Made by a program: the position numbers and the translations under genes. A stretch of DNA of 59,811 nucleotides, the filler included, from Piptocephalis cylindrospora (taxonomy: Eukaryota), in assembly GCA_003614145.1 (NCBI GenBank). It is 10 parts of 10 records of this genome, joined end to end, with 100 filler letters (N's around TTAATTAATTAA, not from the genome) between each part and the next. Parts side by side here need not be neighbours in the genome. Positions count along the whole stretch, not along the records: positions 6,026 to 11,948 come from KZ988343.1; positions 12,049 to 17,958 come from KZ988344.1; positions 18,059 to 23,967 come from KZ988345.1; 7 more parts are not named here. One strand, 5' to 3'. Under the pieces are notes generated by a model, which ran no database searches, was not told where the DNA came from, and was given only the letters and a program-made list of their open reading frames with translations. This document shows positions 11,939 to 23,950 of the stretch, one piece after another. Within the stretch, counting starts at the first letter, position 1; every line of letters begins with the position of its first letter.

Positions 11939-13204
11939 GTTCGAGGGGNNNNNNNNNNNNNNNNNNNNNNNNNNNNNNNNNNNNNNNNNNNNTTAATTAA
12001 TTAANNNNNNNNNNNNNNNNNNNNNNNNNNNNNNNNNNNNNNNNNNNNTAAGGAGGCTCATGGGTTCCTTGAGGGAGTCAGATACGTCCTTGTCTGACGG
12101 GTGAGTGCGTGTTATTGTTGAGGGAAGGAGGTTAGTCTAGGCGGGACTGGAGGCGGATGGAACAGGGAAAGGGGGGCTTTCCACGGACCTACTGTGCTCA
12201 CTCTGGATGGGGCAGGGCTGGGCGAGGATGGATGGGGAGAGCGAGAGGGACCGCAAATGATGCTCTCAGTCCTGGTCAAACGTGTGTGAGTTTAGGTGAT
12301 TTTACAGCCGCCGGCACAACTGGGCCAGTGTGTTGGTGGTAGCTAAGTATTTTTATATATAAGACGCTATCCAAATCAAACGATATTGTTTGCGCTATGA
12401 AAAGAATCACCTGAGTCATTGACAGGGACACATATTCAACAATCTGATGCATATGTCCAGCCATCGTCACTATCCTCTGAAGTAGCACGAAAGGTTTTAC
12501 GAGTGGAGATGAGTCGTCTGCAGTCTGTCTGGCTAGCACCAAAAGAATCATCGATCGTGATTTAAATGCTCTAGCAAGCTGATTTGGTCTCCACAGAGTC
12601 CAAAGAGCATTAAATTCCACCTCTACCAGCACAATCATCATCGTTCAAAGCATGGCTGGCCCCAGCTGTGGCTGAGGGTGACACAGCATTCCAATACACA
12701 CACCATCCTTTCCCCAGACACTGACAGTCTTCTTACCGCCCCAACCCCCATGCCAACTTTAGCGCACACATGCTCTCTTACTCCGACGACAGCATGTATA
12801 CTTGTGGGCGCGTTCATCTGTCCTTCCCCTATTCAGAATCTCTTTCTCGCTCACTCAATCTTTCTCTTCGCTTGCCATTCAGATAGAGCTCCTCCGGATG
12901 AGGCTGAGCTTGAAATACCCCGTTCCTTTCTTCTCTCTCTCCTTTTCTTCCTCTCCTCCTCGCCCCATTCCCCTCCCCCCTCCCCCTTTGCACGTACTTT
13001 CCACTCGTCCCCTACGTGCATCTTGACGTTTATTCTACTGCCCTTCCTCAACCTCAAAAGGAGTCCTTGCTACTCCACCCTGTCCCCAATACTCTTCCTT
13101 CTCCCTTCTTTGCGAGCCTACTGGGAGAAGGATCAACTATCCTCTTAACTCCTCCTCCCTTCTCTTCCCTCGCCAGCTCCTTTCCAAAGTCCGCGTTGCC
13201 CGTC

Positions 13205-16200
13205 ATGCTCCCCCTACATCGCCGCTCTCATACCTTCGCTCTCCTCTTTCTCTTCCTCGCCTTATGCCTCCTAATGCTTTCTGTTTCCCAGGTGGACGGA
13301 AGACCCGCTGGTCCTGGTTGGTTCTCAAAATTTTTCCAAAAAAAAGACAACCCAAACACCCCCCACCGGGGATGACTCCCTCTCCCAAACATCCACCTCT
13401 TCCTCTCACTCTCCTTCATCCTCCTCGCGCAATCGCTCCTTCATGGATCGTCTCAAATCCATTGGTCGGTCATCCCGCAAGACGACTACGAAATCAACTC
13501 CTCCCACCTCTCCCTCCACTAAACACTCCATGTCCAAAGAGCAGGCTTTATCCACAAGTAGGACCAGGTCCCTAAAATCTCTTTCTTCCAATAATTCCTC
13601 CAGATCCCAGGGCAGTATTTCTTCCAAGGAGAGGTCAGAGACCCAAAGCTTATCCTCTAAAAAGGAGAAGTCTGGTTCTTTCTTTAGTCGCTTCTTTAGA
13701 AAGTCACCGTCCAAGGCTAATCGATCCAATTCCCAGAGGGAACTCCCATCTCGGAATCATGACCATTCCCAGGATCATTCGAAACAGGGTACTTCTCATT
13801 CACTTCGTTCTTCTCGGCCATTCATCCACGATCATTCAAAGGAAGACGTTGTTCATTCATCCAAGTCTTCTCGATCATCTACCCAAAATCAGGCGAGCCA
13901 ACGCACTAGCACCCAGATGAATCATGGACATAATCTTCATATCCCGGATGATACGTCCTCCAGCTCTCATGGTTCCAGTCATTCCTCCAGCTTTAGTCAC
14001 CCCGCTCGTTCCTCCAGCTTTAGTCATTCTAGTCACTCTTCCCTGGATACCTCAGGGGATCATTCGGGTAAGTAGTGCTTGGCTCTTGGGCCTGTTCTTG
14101 TATACTCCACCCAGTTATGGTCCATTCACCTTATCCTCCTCTTCCCCTATGAAATAGATCATTCAAGCCCTCGGGCAATCTCTAGCTCCGCCAAACTTCA
14201 GAGCTATGATTTGCATGTAGGATCTATTGATACCCTTCTTAGATCTGGAAAGCTGAGCATGATAGATCAACTCAAGCTCTCCAGTATCCGAAAATCCCTG
14301 ATCGTATCCCCGGAAGGTTATGTCGATGTACCTCATATGACAAAAGATCAGACTTCCTTTGTCCACCAGCTCTCCGAACGGATACGCGCTCAGGCCGAGA
14401 AAAATCAAGCGAAGCGCTCCTCTTCCCTTTCTACTATGTACCTGGGATCAGGTACCACCTCTCATCAAGATCCTCCTCATGCTCAGGAAGCTCCCACCCC
14501 TGCTAGTTCCAGTCAACATCCTACTGCGACCCCGCATCCCTCCACCACCAAAGCAGCCCCTTACGCCTCTCCCACCTTGGAGGTTACTAAGAAGCCTTCT
14601 GGATTGAATCAAAAAGATGTCTCTCGCTCCCTCTCCACTATTCACTCTGGGGATCGTGTGGTCAACGGGGTGGTCACCTCGAGCTCTACCTCGGGCGATG
14701 CTAGCAAGAAGGATACCGTTAATGCCCCCTACAGCTACCCTCATCCTGGTAGAATTATCACACAGGGCATCAATCCGATTGACGACTCCAGGAAGAAAAA
14801 CGATGCCTCGTCTCATACCCATACCGGCGTTGTTCCTCTCCTCACCCCTCCCTCTACTCCTCCTCCTCATTCCTCTCATTACTATCCTCCTCCTCCGACC
14901 TATATGAGCAAGGATTCGCCGATTACTCAAACGACGTCCGGTGGAGATCAGGTGGCAGTAGATCAGCTCATTGACGATAAAAACAAGGAGAAATTCACTC
15001 ATAGTCAAGTTACTCAGAGTCAGACCCATCAAAGCCCCGTTGATCAGGTCCAGGCCCATCAAAGCCCAGTCCATCAGACTCAAGCCAACAGGGGCCAGGT
15101 CCATCATAGTCCAATCGACCAAACTCAAGCCAACAAGGATCAGGCCCAGGCCCATCAAATTCCAGTCCATCAGGTCCAGGCTCATCAAAGTCAAGTCCAT
15201 CGGACTCAAGTCAATAAGGATCAGACCCATCAGGCTCAGGCCAACAAAGACCAGACCCATCAAAGCCCAATCGACCAGACTCAAGTCAATAAGGATCAGA
15301 CCCATCAGGCTCAGGCCAACAAAGACCAGACCCATCAAAGCCCAATCGACCAGACTCAAGTCAGCAAGGATCGGACCCATCAGGCTCAGGCCAACAAGGA
15401 TCAGGCCCAGGCTCATCAGAATCAAGTCCATCAGGCTCAAACCAACAAGGACCTGGCCCACCAAAGTCCCGCTAATCAGATCCAACCCAACAAGCATAAT
15501 GAAGGTGGGAACAGGTCCAAAGTGAGCCAAAAGCTTCTAGATGTGATAGAAAAGGAAATACCCTCAGACATGCCTGCTAACGAACGGCTCGCGATGAAGA
15601 AGGGGTTCATTGAAGCTCTTGATTCACCTGAAGCTGATGACCAAGAATACGAGCATTCCTCTAGCTCCTACGCGTATGCAGAGGAGCAGAGGCGACTTCA
15701 TCTTCAACAGGAGGAGGAGAGAAGGAGACGTCATGAGTACAACAGAGACTCGCAGTATGAGTCCCAGCATGACGAAAGCGGCTATCCCATCCGCCACGAC
15801 GACAGACGCCGTTATCAAGGTAATAGGAATCAAGAGGGCATCATGGACAATCTCAACAGGATTTGTAGGAACATGCCTTCAATGGGTAATCAGTATGCTA
15901 ATACTGATAGTAGATATCGGGATGATGATGGCTACTTTAGCGATGATGCAGACCAGTATGTTGACAATAATTACCAGACCGGTGGTTTCGGCCGATGTGC
16001 AAGCCTCGTTGGCAGCGTCTACTCCTTCTTCCAGTCCTCCAAGAATGCCGCCTCTTCTTACATCGACCAAGCTGCTAGTGCCTTTAAATCCAAGAACTCA
16101 AAATCTACGTCGGACTCTTCATCCTCTTCCCCTTCTGAGGAAGGGGGGGCGGTCACTGAGGGAGGGGATACAACAAAGGCTTCCTCGTTGGACGACGCGG

Positions 16201-16532
16201 ATCACTTCCCAGTGAATGAATTTGGCACTGATAATCATGGTGATGCTTTTGACCAGGAGCAAGAGACGTCCTGGGACGAGGGTGGACGTGATGATCATTC
16301 CGCCTCATCCTTCTCTTCTTCAAGAGAAGGGGGACCTCAGAGAATGGGCGATACCAGCCCATCTTCCTTCAGTGAGCCAGCGCCTTCAGGCCTCAAGAGG
16401 CATCTGATCCATGACCATGGATCTGACTATCCTAAGCGCTCCACGCCTAATGATCCTCACTCAAAGTCGGCCTCTTCTACTTCCGGCTCCTCCGAGGCCG
16501 ACCTCCGACATATTCAGTTTCAACCGGTCTAA
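13205..16532 (+). CDS. Large secreted Ser/His/Gln-rich repeat protein; one apparent frameshift (~13338-13364) and one intron (14068-14157)
   Basis: Signal-peptide-like MLPLHRRSHTFALLFLFLALCLLMLSVSQVDG. Removing one base in a homopolymer joins it to the 13443 ORF, and a GTAAGT..TAG intron joins that in frame to the 14079-16532 ORF. Confidence 0.65.
14995..15480 (+). repeat. Coding minisatellite: 15-bp (5-aa) units organised into 75-bp higher-order repeats
   Basis: Units such as QTHQS, QANKD, QVHQA; 15203-15277 repeats at 15278-15352 with a 75-bp period. Confidence 0.9.
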
Positions 16533-17106
16533 ACCGGATCTGATTTCTTTTCTCCTTCCTTTCTCAATGTTCTTTTCGCCTTTTCTATGGTGTGATGATG
16601 GTATATACATTTTATCTCTGGACCTTTTGTTCCCCTTTGTCTTCCTTTTCAGATGCCCACTTATAAGGCACTTACATTGGCTGGGCTAGCCTTATTGCGA
16701 AGACCACTGCCGCCCTCTTGCCATCCTTTTCTACTGGAGCATTTTGCGCATGGACTTGCTCTTATGGTAGTGGGGATAGGATGAACCTTGATGATAAAAC
16801 CATTTTGTTTTCTCCAGCGGGGTAAGCGGATGGGCATCCGAACACAGTGTCTGCTAAGATAGCTGGCATGCACGGTACCAGGAGCACTTATGCTCCCGGC
16901 GTGTACCATATGTGGGATAAGATGAACCTTTGTGAGAAGACTCCCAGAACGTATGAAAAAGAGGGGTGAATGGGAACGAACGATGTCTATTCTTGGTGTG
17001 GTGGATTGATTTACATGACTAGAGTGTTAATATGATCATTTGCCACCCTGGGCATCTCAAGAATTGTCATTAGTACCAATTGTCGATTAGAGAAGGGATG
17101 GGTTCC

Positions 17107-17295
17107 TCAATGATCGCACTTTGTCTTGTAAGAGTGTATAAAACATACGACACCCTTGGGACACTCTGGATAACATGTTTTGATCCCATCCACGCATGGG
17201 TCACACTTTATGCCATTGTCGTTGACGTTGGCTGCGGCCGCCGAAGCTGTCGAGATGAGAAGGGCAAGGGGTATGAGGATGTTCAAGAGCTTCAT
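17107..17295 (-). CDS. Small secreted cysteine-rich peptide (62 aa, 6 Cys)
   Basis: MKLLNILIPLALLISTASAAAA signal peptide followed by NVNDNGIKCDPCVDGIKTCYPECPKGVVCFIHSYKTKCDH. Confidence 0.8.
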   Translation of the reverse strand: MKLLNILIPLALLISTASAAAANVNDNGIKCDPCVDGIKTCYPECPKGVVCFIHSYKTKCDH

Positions 17296-17441
17296 GGTTT
17301 GGTTGGATATTTGCAGAAAGGTTATTATGCGGAAGCGGATGGCGGAAGAGTAATGAATTTGGAACGGCGGTAATGTGGAATGACTGGGAAGACGTGATGG
17401 CTGGGGGAAATAAATGACTCTAGAGGAAGGTACCAGCATTG

Positions 17442-17449
17442 TTTTTATA
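17442..17449 (-). promoter_or_regulatory. Candidate TATA box of the small Cys-rich gene
   Basis: TATAAAAA on the minus strand about 150 bp upstream of the ATG. Confidence 0.5.
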
Positions 17450-18058
17450 GAAAAGTGATAGTACGTGTGATATGTAGATCGAGGAAGTATTTAAGGGCCG
17501 TGGATGTTGGTGACGTCTGTCATTAAACGTACTGCAGCCTGGTCATCTTGTCTTTTTCCTTGTCAAGATGACTAGGCAGTTTTGGATGGCTGATGAGGCG
17601 CTGTGACCATAGTGTGGAGGCAATGGGGCAGGGAGCCGGGAAGACGCGGGTACCCTGTGGGCTACTCAATACTGGTTTATCCCCAAGCAGATGGTTAGAT
17701 CACGCATTGATCACTTGGTGGTTGGTTTGGCGGTATTTATAGACTTTCGTCCTTATACTCGATCTCTAAAAATAAACTCCATTGTCCCACGCATGCTCAT
17801 CCTTTGGCTGGCGGGCTTGTCCCACACAGTAATACAGTCAACTCTTGTCAAAACGCGGGCCCGAAACGAAAAAAAAAATCTGTGAAACAAAAAAGAAAAA
17901 CAACAACAAAGGAAAAGACCAGAGGGAGTGTAAGTAATCCTAGCCATGATGCAAAGTTNNNNNNNNNNNNNNNNNNNNNNNNNNNNNNNNNNNNNNNNNN
18001 NNTTAATTAATTAANNNNNNNNNNNNNNNNNNNNNNNNNNNNNNNNNNNNNNNNNNNN

Positions 18059-21000
18059 GAGGGAAGAAACGAAGAGACTGGAAGAAATGGAAAAGAAGAA
18101 AGAACTGGAGAAGAAAGAGGAGAGAAAGAAGCAAGAGGAGAGAAGGAGGATGGAGGACAAAGAGAGAGCAGAAATGGAGGAAAGAAAACAAAGGTACGCA
18201 AGGCTTCGGGAAATTGCAGAAGATGCTCGGTTGGAAAAGGAGAGAAAGGGGGTGGAAAGGATAGAGCATTCTAGTCACTGGGATGAGGGGGACGAAGAAG
18301 AGGGGAGGGCGTTTCCTCGGGATAGACTGGGGCTCCTTTCGACTGAACTATCTTCTAAAGGAGATCGGGCTCGGACGGCCTCATCCTCCTCATCTCTCTT
18401 GAGGCTGGGGCAAGGGGGCACCGAGAGATCCACGGATTTGTCTCCTGCCATAGAAGCAGGGGGTGAGGTCATCTCTACTCCACCAATCCCCAAGTTGACA
18501 GAGACCCTGTGTAATTCTTTTCTGGATACTGTCTCCAATGATCGAGTAGATCCTCCAAATGGGGATGGTGAGAATAGGCCTCTTGAGACTAATCGGCCTG
18601 CTACGGAATCACCTTTGGATCCTGGCACTTTAGGTGAGTTTATCAGAGGAGGGGAGGGGGACTGAGTTGGTCATCCAACTCATTGGAGATACCCTCCCTT
18701 TCCCCTCTTTCTATGGGAGTAATCGCAGCCCCTGTGGACCGGGTCAAGCTTAGCTCTGGGGTAAGGGCGGCCAGCCCCATATCCTCCTTGGCTAGAGAGG
18801 AAATGGATGGGCGAAATGGTAGGGATATCTTTTTCTTCTATGCATGAAATTCGGCTTACTCTCCTACCTGTAGACTCCAGTGTATCCAGGGCAACTACCG
18901 GTGTGGGTCGTCATGTAGCATATGATCCGGACAGTCGAAGTGTCCGACTTAACCTGGGAAAATCCCAAGTGCACATTATGGAGGAGGCTAAGGGAAGGCT
19001 GCAGATCCGTCTGGGTCGATCCGGGTCCAGGGTAATTGTGGATACTGACAAGGAAGGGGAGACTGGGACCTATGCCCTGGATGAAGCCGATCGATTGGGT
19101 ACGCCTCCGCAGGGGGAAACGGATCGATTGGACGAGGGAAAAAGGGCATCGCAGCCCCTTTCATGGTCCTCTCAGATGGAATCTGGAAAGATGCCTGCCC
19201 CCTCCCTTCCTTCATCAATATCGCATTCTGAAAGGCCAAAGGATCCTTTATTACGCAAGGTGACCGATTTTGTGGAGGAGGGATCGAGAAACACCCGGGA
19301 AGCACCCACTCGGGGTCCACTCCTTCCTTCCGTCCTGGAGACGATTGGGGGTAGTGGACCCCCAGAAAGAGGATGGGGGAGGGAGGGGAGAGAAGGAGAG
19401 TTTATGACTGGGGCTTCCCGTCCCCATCAAACTGGGGAAATGGCCTCGTCTGTCCTTCCTATGGAGATCACAACGCGCCCGAAGGAGACGCAACAATCTA
19501 CAACTCATTCAGAAGGGGCTTTTCGGCCTATACCCTCTCATGCCTCGCCTATCCATGATCCGACCAAGTTGCCCCGTACTCGTGATGCATGGTTCGATCA
19601 TGTGCCTGGATCCATCCCTGTCCATGATGACAGATTGGATGGGGAGGGGCAAAGGAAGAGATTTATGGGCATGGATGATCTACTGATGATGGCTCGACGT
19701 AGGGAGGAGGAAAGGCCCCCATTTATGGTTGATCCCTTTATATCCCATCACATGAGTGTATCTGAAGGGTCCTCCCGACCCTTACCATCCCCTCCTATGG
19801 CTACCACCACCCTCCCTCCACCCATTTCTCCTGCCTTGTTTCCCCAGGGATCCCATCATCCTTCAGGGCCAGCCCTTCCACCGACACCGGAAAGGAGCCA
19901 CCCTACTTATCCTTCTCGCGGGACCTTGGGGGTGGGAAGGGGATCTGTCCCTCGGCCTCAGTCTGGAGGGGTGGGAATGGAGGGGAACTCGGAGTTACTC
20001 AGCGATGATGAGCTTGGAAGACGATCGTACCAAAAGGCACTTGAAGATTATCGACAATGTAAGTACTGGTGGCCCATTCAAGATTCTTTAATTGAGAAAG
20101 GGATGATTTGAACTCACATTACCCTATTCTATTCTTAATGATGTGATATGGACTGAAATGTAGCGATCATTGAATCAGAGGCAAAACAAACAAAAATGCT
20201 GGCTGTCCAAGGCAAAGGCGCTTCTCAGGGCAAGGGAGATGGTCGGATGACCGGTGCATCCAAAGTCAGCACCACCCTACCCTCCCCTCCCACCAAGCCA
20301 AGGTAAGAGAGGAAGAGGGAATAGTGTGTGTATGGGGTTGTTTGTTTGTGTGTACATGGATGGAAGAAAACAGCGCTAATGTGTGGTTTCTACCTTGTGA
20401 AACCAGGATGACATGGCCCACTCCACGGCACCGAGAGACCGGGAGTGTGCCTGGACAACATGGCCATGAACGCAAGGTCCGATTTGCCGATTCGGTGAAT
20501 GGTGGATCTGGTGCCAGGGCCCGAGAGGATACTCGCTTGGTAAGGACATCCTATCTATGAGGATGGCGTCCTTTCCTTTGTGCCCTGAGACTCATCCTTC
20601 TTTGATGGAAATTTTTCTCATAGACCAAAAAGGAAACAGGGAGCCGAGCACCCCCTGGTCCAACCGAGACCTCCAAGGATGGGGATATTACAAGTTCCCA
20701 AACTTCCTCGAAGTTAGGAAATGAAGGGTTAGATGAAGAGGAGGCGCTTTCTCAGATAGGAAAGCTCTCCGCTGGTCTAAGGCCAACATTACGGCGGACC
20801 AAGGGGGATGAAGTTTCCCAGACCTCCTCCAAGAGAGGGATGAGTGTCGAGGAGCAGGAGAGGATGATGGATGAGATTGTCAGATTGTCCAAGGAAGTGC
20901 TCAAGTTGGCTCGGGAAAGGAAGGGGAAGAGCAGGGATATGGAGGGGACGAATGCGAGGATGGAACGGCTCCTTCAGATCCATCGGGATTGGGTGAGGCG

Positions 21001-21649
21001 GAATCCCATGGGCAAGTGGAGGGAGGTGGTGGAGGAGGCGGAGAGGAGGGTCAATGAGACGGAGAATATGGTCCAGCAGGTGTTTCGTCCTGTAGGGACA
21101 GAACCCATGTCTAAAGGAATTGATGAGGGAGAGGATGAAGAGGAAGGGGGGGAGGTATGGGTGGATGCACCTAGTGATTTAGAGTCTACTGGAGGAGGGG
21201 AAGTCAAGAGGGCCTTGTCCGTGGTGGAGACAAAGAAGGAGGAAAATATCTTGCCAGAGATGCAAGCTGAGGAGGAGCAGGAGGAGGGGGAGGCGGGGCA
21301 AGAAGTGTGGATGGATGCTCCCTTGTGGCGGGAGGAGATGAGCCGTGGCCCCATGACATCTTCCCCTCCCCCACCCGTGTCACGGGGCGATCGGGTGGAA
21401 GAATCGACGTTACGGTCGGTTCTGCGTAAGGAGGGGAGAGCTGGAGCCAAGTCAGTACACTGGCCTGTGCAGCTGACTAGACGTTGGGAGTTCATCTCTC
21501 ATACGATTGAGGAGGAGTCGAGGAAGGCGGGGCTCTCGCCGACGCTTCAACTACTCAAGGGCTTTGGTTTGTTACGTGGTCCGGGGAGGGGGCGTAGTGG
21601 AAATGGTGGTGTGGGAGCGGCTCGAGAAAGGGCTAGTCCGGTGGAGTGA
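18059..21649 (+). CDS. 5'-truncated multi-exon, largely disordered/coiled-coil protein of unknown family
   Basis: Long same-strand ORFs (18087-18665, 18807-20111, 20840-21649) separated by GT-AG candidates; charged coiled coil at the start. Confidence 0.6.
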
Positions 21650-21786
21650 GAAGATATCTCACGTACACTCCATCCCAGTCCATGAGCCATGTCTCTGGAC
21701 CGGGTATTGTAGCAGGAGAAGGATTACTGTATAAATCCAAATGTGTTTTTTCTCCTTGGAGGATGGTGTTGTTAGAGGTCTGATCA

Positions 21787-21850
21787 TGTGTGTGTGTATG
21801 TGTGCATATGTGTGTGCGTGTATGTATGTGTGCGTATATGTGTGCATGTG
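21787..21850. repeat. Degenerate (TG/TA)n microsatellite
   Basis: Seen directly in sequence. Confidence 0.8.
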
Positions 21851-22897
21851 CCCCTCTCACTTGGTATGATTAGTATGCATCATGGCCCTTGGAAGAATGG
21901 CTTATCCCTCTCGCTCTCCGAATTTAACCTGGCTTGTATCGGGGAAGGGATGGGGCTGGGGGGATAGGGGGGATGTGATGTGATGTGTATGTATGTGCCT
22001 TGGAGGGATGTGATGTGTCAAGGAAGAACCAATGAGGGGGAGGGTTGAGGCTGATGAGGAGAGAGGGACACATCGGTGCACTACATACGCATACACGCAT
22101 GCCGATGGGTGGAGCGGCCAGGTGTAGGACCCGAGTGTGACAGGGACTACAAGGGTCTTTGAAGAGGCACTTTGAGGAGAAGCCTCAGGCTATGCTCAGC
22201 CCTTTGATGGTCTGCCTTTGATGGGGGATGGGGCAGGGTGCAATGATGTCTTCCCGCCACTGTGGCGACTCATAGATGCAAAGATATGCATGGATGAGTG
22301 GGGGGACATCCGTCTCCAAATATCCGTTCTCTTCCTGAAGCTTGGAGGAAGGGAAAATTCACCCACAGAACGGTGTGGGTCTGCCTGGGAGAAGACGAGG
22401 TGTGTTCCCAAGCGCCTACATTTCTGAGCTCTTGATCGTCCAACTCAATTGCCTTACTTACTAGTGCTATGATATGTGTGTGTCCGGGCGCACACACACA
22501 CACACAGAAAAGCCTTGATCCATGTCTTTGCACACACAGGAATCTCTCTCCTTTCTCTGCCTCTCTCCTCTCAACAAGGTTGCACTTTGACAGGTGGGGG
22601 TGCAAAAGGCCCTTTTTTAAGGGGCCCACCCAAGGGAGCCCCGATGAGAGAGGGCAAAGTGCTGTCGGAATCCCCACTCCAGCCCTCGCCCTCCCTTAAA
22701 GTCTCCTTTCGTCTCTCCGCTCCTACCCTCTTGTGTCTTCTTTTCTCTTCCTTTCCCCCCTCCCCCCTTCACCCTTTCCCTTGTCCTCTCCTCTCTTATT
22801 GGCATCTCCCTCTTCCTCCTCCTCCATCTAGTCCTACTTCTTCCCATCTACTCTTACCCACCATCACCTCCATCTCATATTAATCTTCTTCTTCACC

Positions 22898-23485
22898 ATG
22901 CAGACCTCTACCCTTCTCCTTACCACCGCTGCCCTCCTTCTCTCTGGAGCCATCGACGCCCAGAACGTCACCTCGGACTGGCAGATCACCTCCAGGGACA
23001 ATGCCACCCGACAGGGAGTGTGCAGTGACCAGATCCAGAGATGTATGATTGACTGTGGTGGATCGGCCAATAGCCCCAAGAACTTTTGCAACCCTACCAC
23101 CATGGGCTGGGGCTGTGGGTGCGGTAACGCCACCCCCAAGACCCCCAAATACTTGTGGCCCGTTACACTCTCCGAGTGCAACGGAAAGCTGGAAGATTGC
23201 ATCAACAATGTTTGCCCCAAGACCAAGACGGGTGCCGACGTCATCACCTGTCAGACCTCCTGCCGATCCACCTATGGCTGTAATGAGGGCAAGGCCCCTG
23301 CTACCCATCTCGAGGTCAACGACGTCAATGAGGTCCCCGATTACAATGGCACCAAGGGGGATGCCAACAAGGGGAACGGGAATGGGTCCAACACCAGCCC
23401 CGCTGACAACCTGGCCTCTACCTTCTCCTGGCCCGCCGTCGCCTCTGGCCTCAGCGCTGTGGCTGCTGGTATGCTACTTCTGTGA
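22898..23485 (+). CDS. Secreted cysteine-rich, probably GPI-anchored cell-surface protein
   Basis: Signal peptide, 12-Cys domain, Gly/Asn linker, hydrophobic C-terminal tail; strong codon bias. Confidence 0.88.
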   Translation: MQTSTLLLTTAALLLSGAIDAQNVTSDWQITSRDNATRQGVCSDQIQRCMIDCGGSANSPKNFCNPTTMGWGCGCGNATPKTPKYLWPVTLSECNGKLEDCINNVCPKTKTGADVITCQTSCRSTYGCNEGKAPATHLEVNDVNEVPDYNGTKGDANKGNGNGSNTSPADNLASTFSWPAVASGLSAVAAGMLLL

Positions 23486-23719
23486 GAAGGGATCTTGGTC
23501 CTACGGAAGGAGGAGGGAGAGCTCTCCCGCCTTACCTCTTTATCGAAAACACTTTTCTCTTCTTTGCAAACAACACACAATACATCTCATCTCTCTTTGC
23601 TCTCTTTCCAGCAAAGGGAGATTATCGCGCGTATTGGATCCTTACTCTCTCTCTCTTTCTCTCAACACACACATTCCATCTCCTTCATTCAAGTACTACT
23701 ACTGTTATTGTTACTACTA

Positions 23720-23851
23720 CTAAAAGCCTCGAGAGGTCAACCAGTTCCTCACTTCCCGAACATATCCACCTTTAACAATGACATGACCATTCGTCGGCTT
23801 CACCCATACTTGGGCATCCTTCAAGGACTTGGACAGATCCTCTTGGAGTTT
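23720..23851 (-). CDS. IMG2: Last exon of mitochondrial ribosomal protein L49/Img2
   Basis: Hand translation after a TAG acceptor: KLQEDLSKSLKDAQVWVKPTNGHVIVKGGYVREVRNWLTSRGF*, the typical Img2 C-terminus. Confidence 0.75.
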   Translation of the reverse strand, partial: KLQEDLSKSLKDAQVWVKPTNGHVIVKGGYVREVRNWLTSRGF

Positions 23852-23913
23852 CTATGCATTAGAGAGATGAGACCGGGTTGATGGGAAAGGATTACATATC
23901 CTTCCTACTCGAT

Positions 23914-23950
<37 letters not shown>

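Noticed and set aside
14448..15530. 360-aa hydrophobic antisense ORF and a 184-aa shifted-frame ORF over the Gln-rich array
   Set aside because: Expected shadows of a 15-bp coding repeat that lacks stops in other frames.
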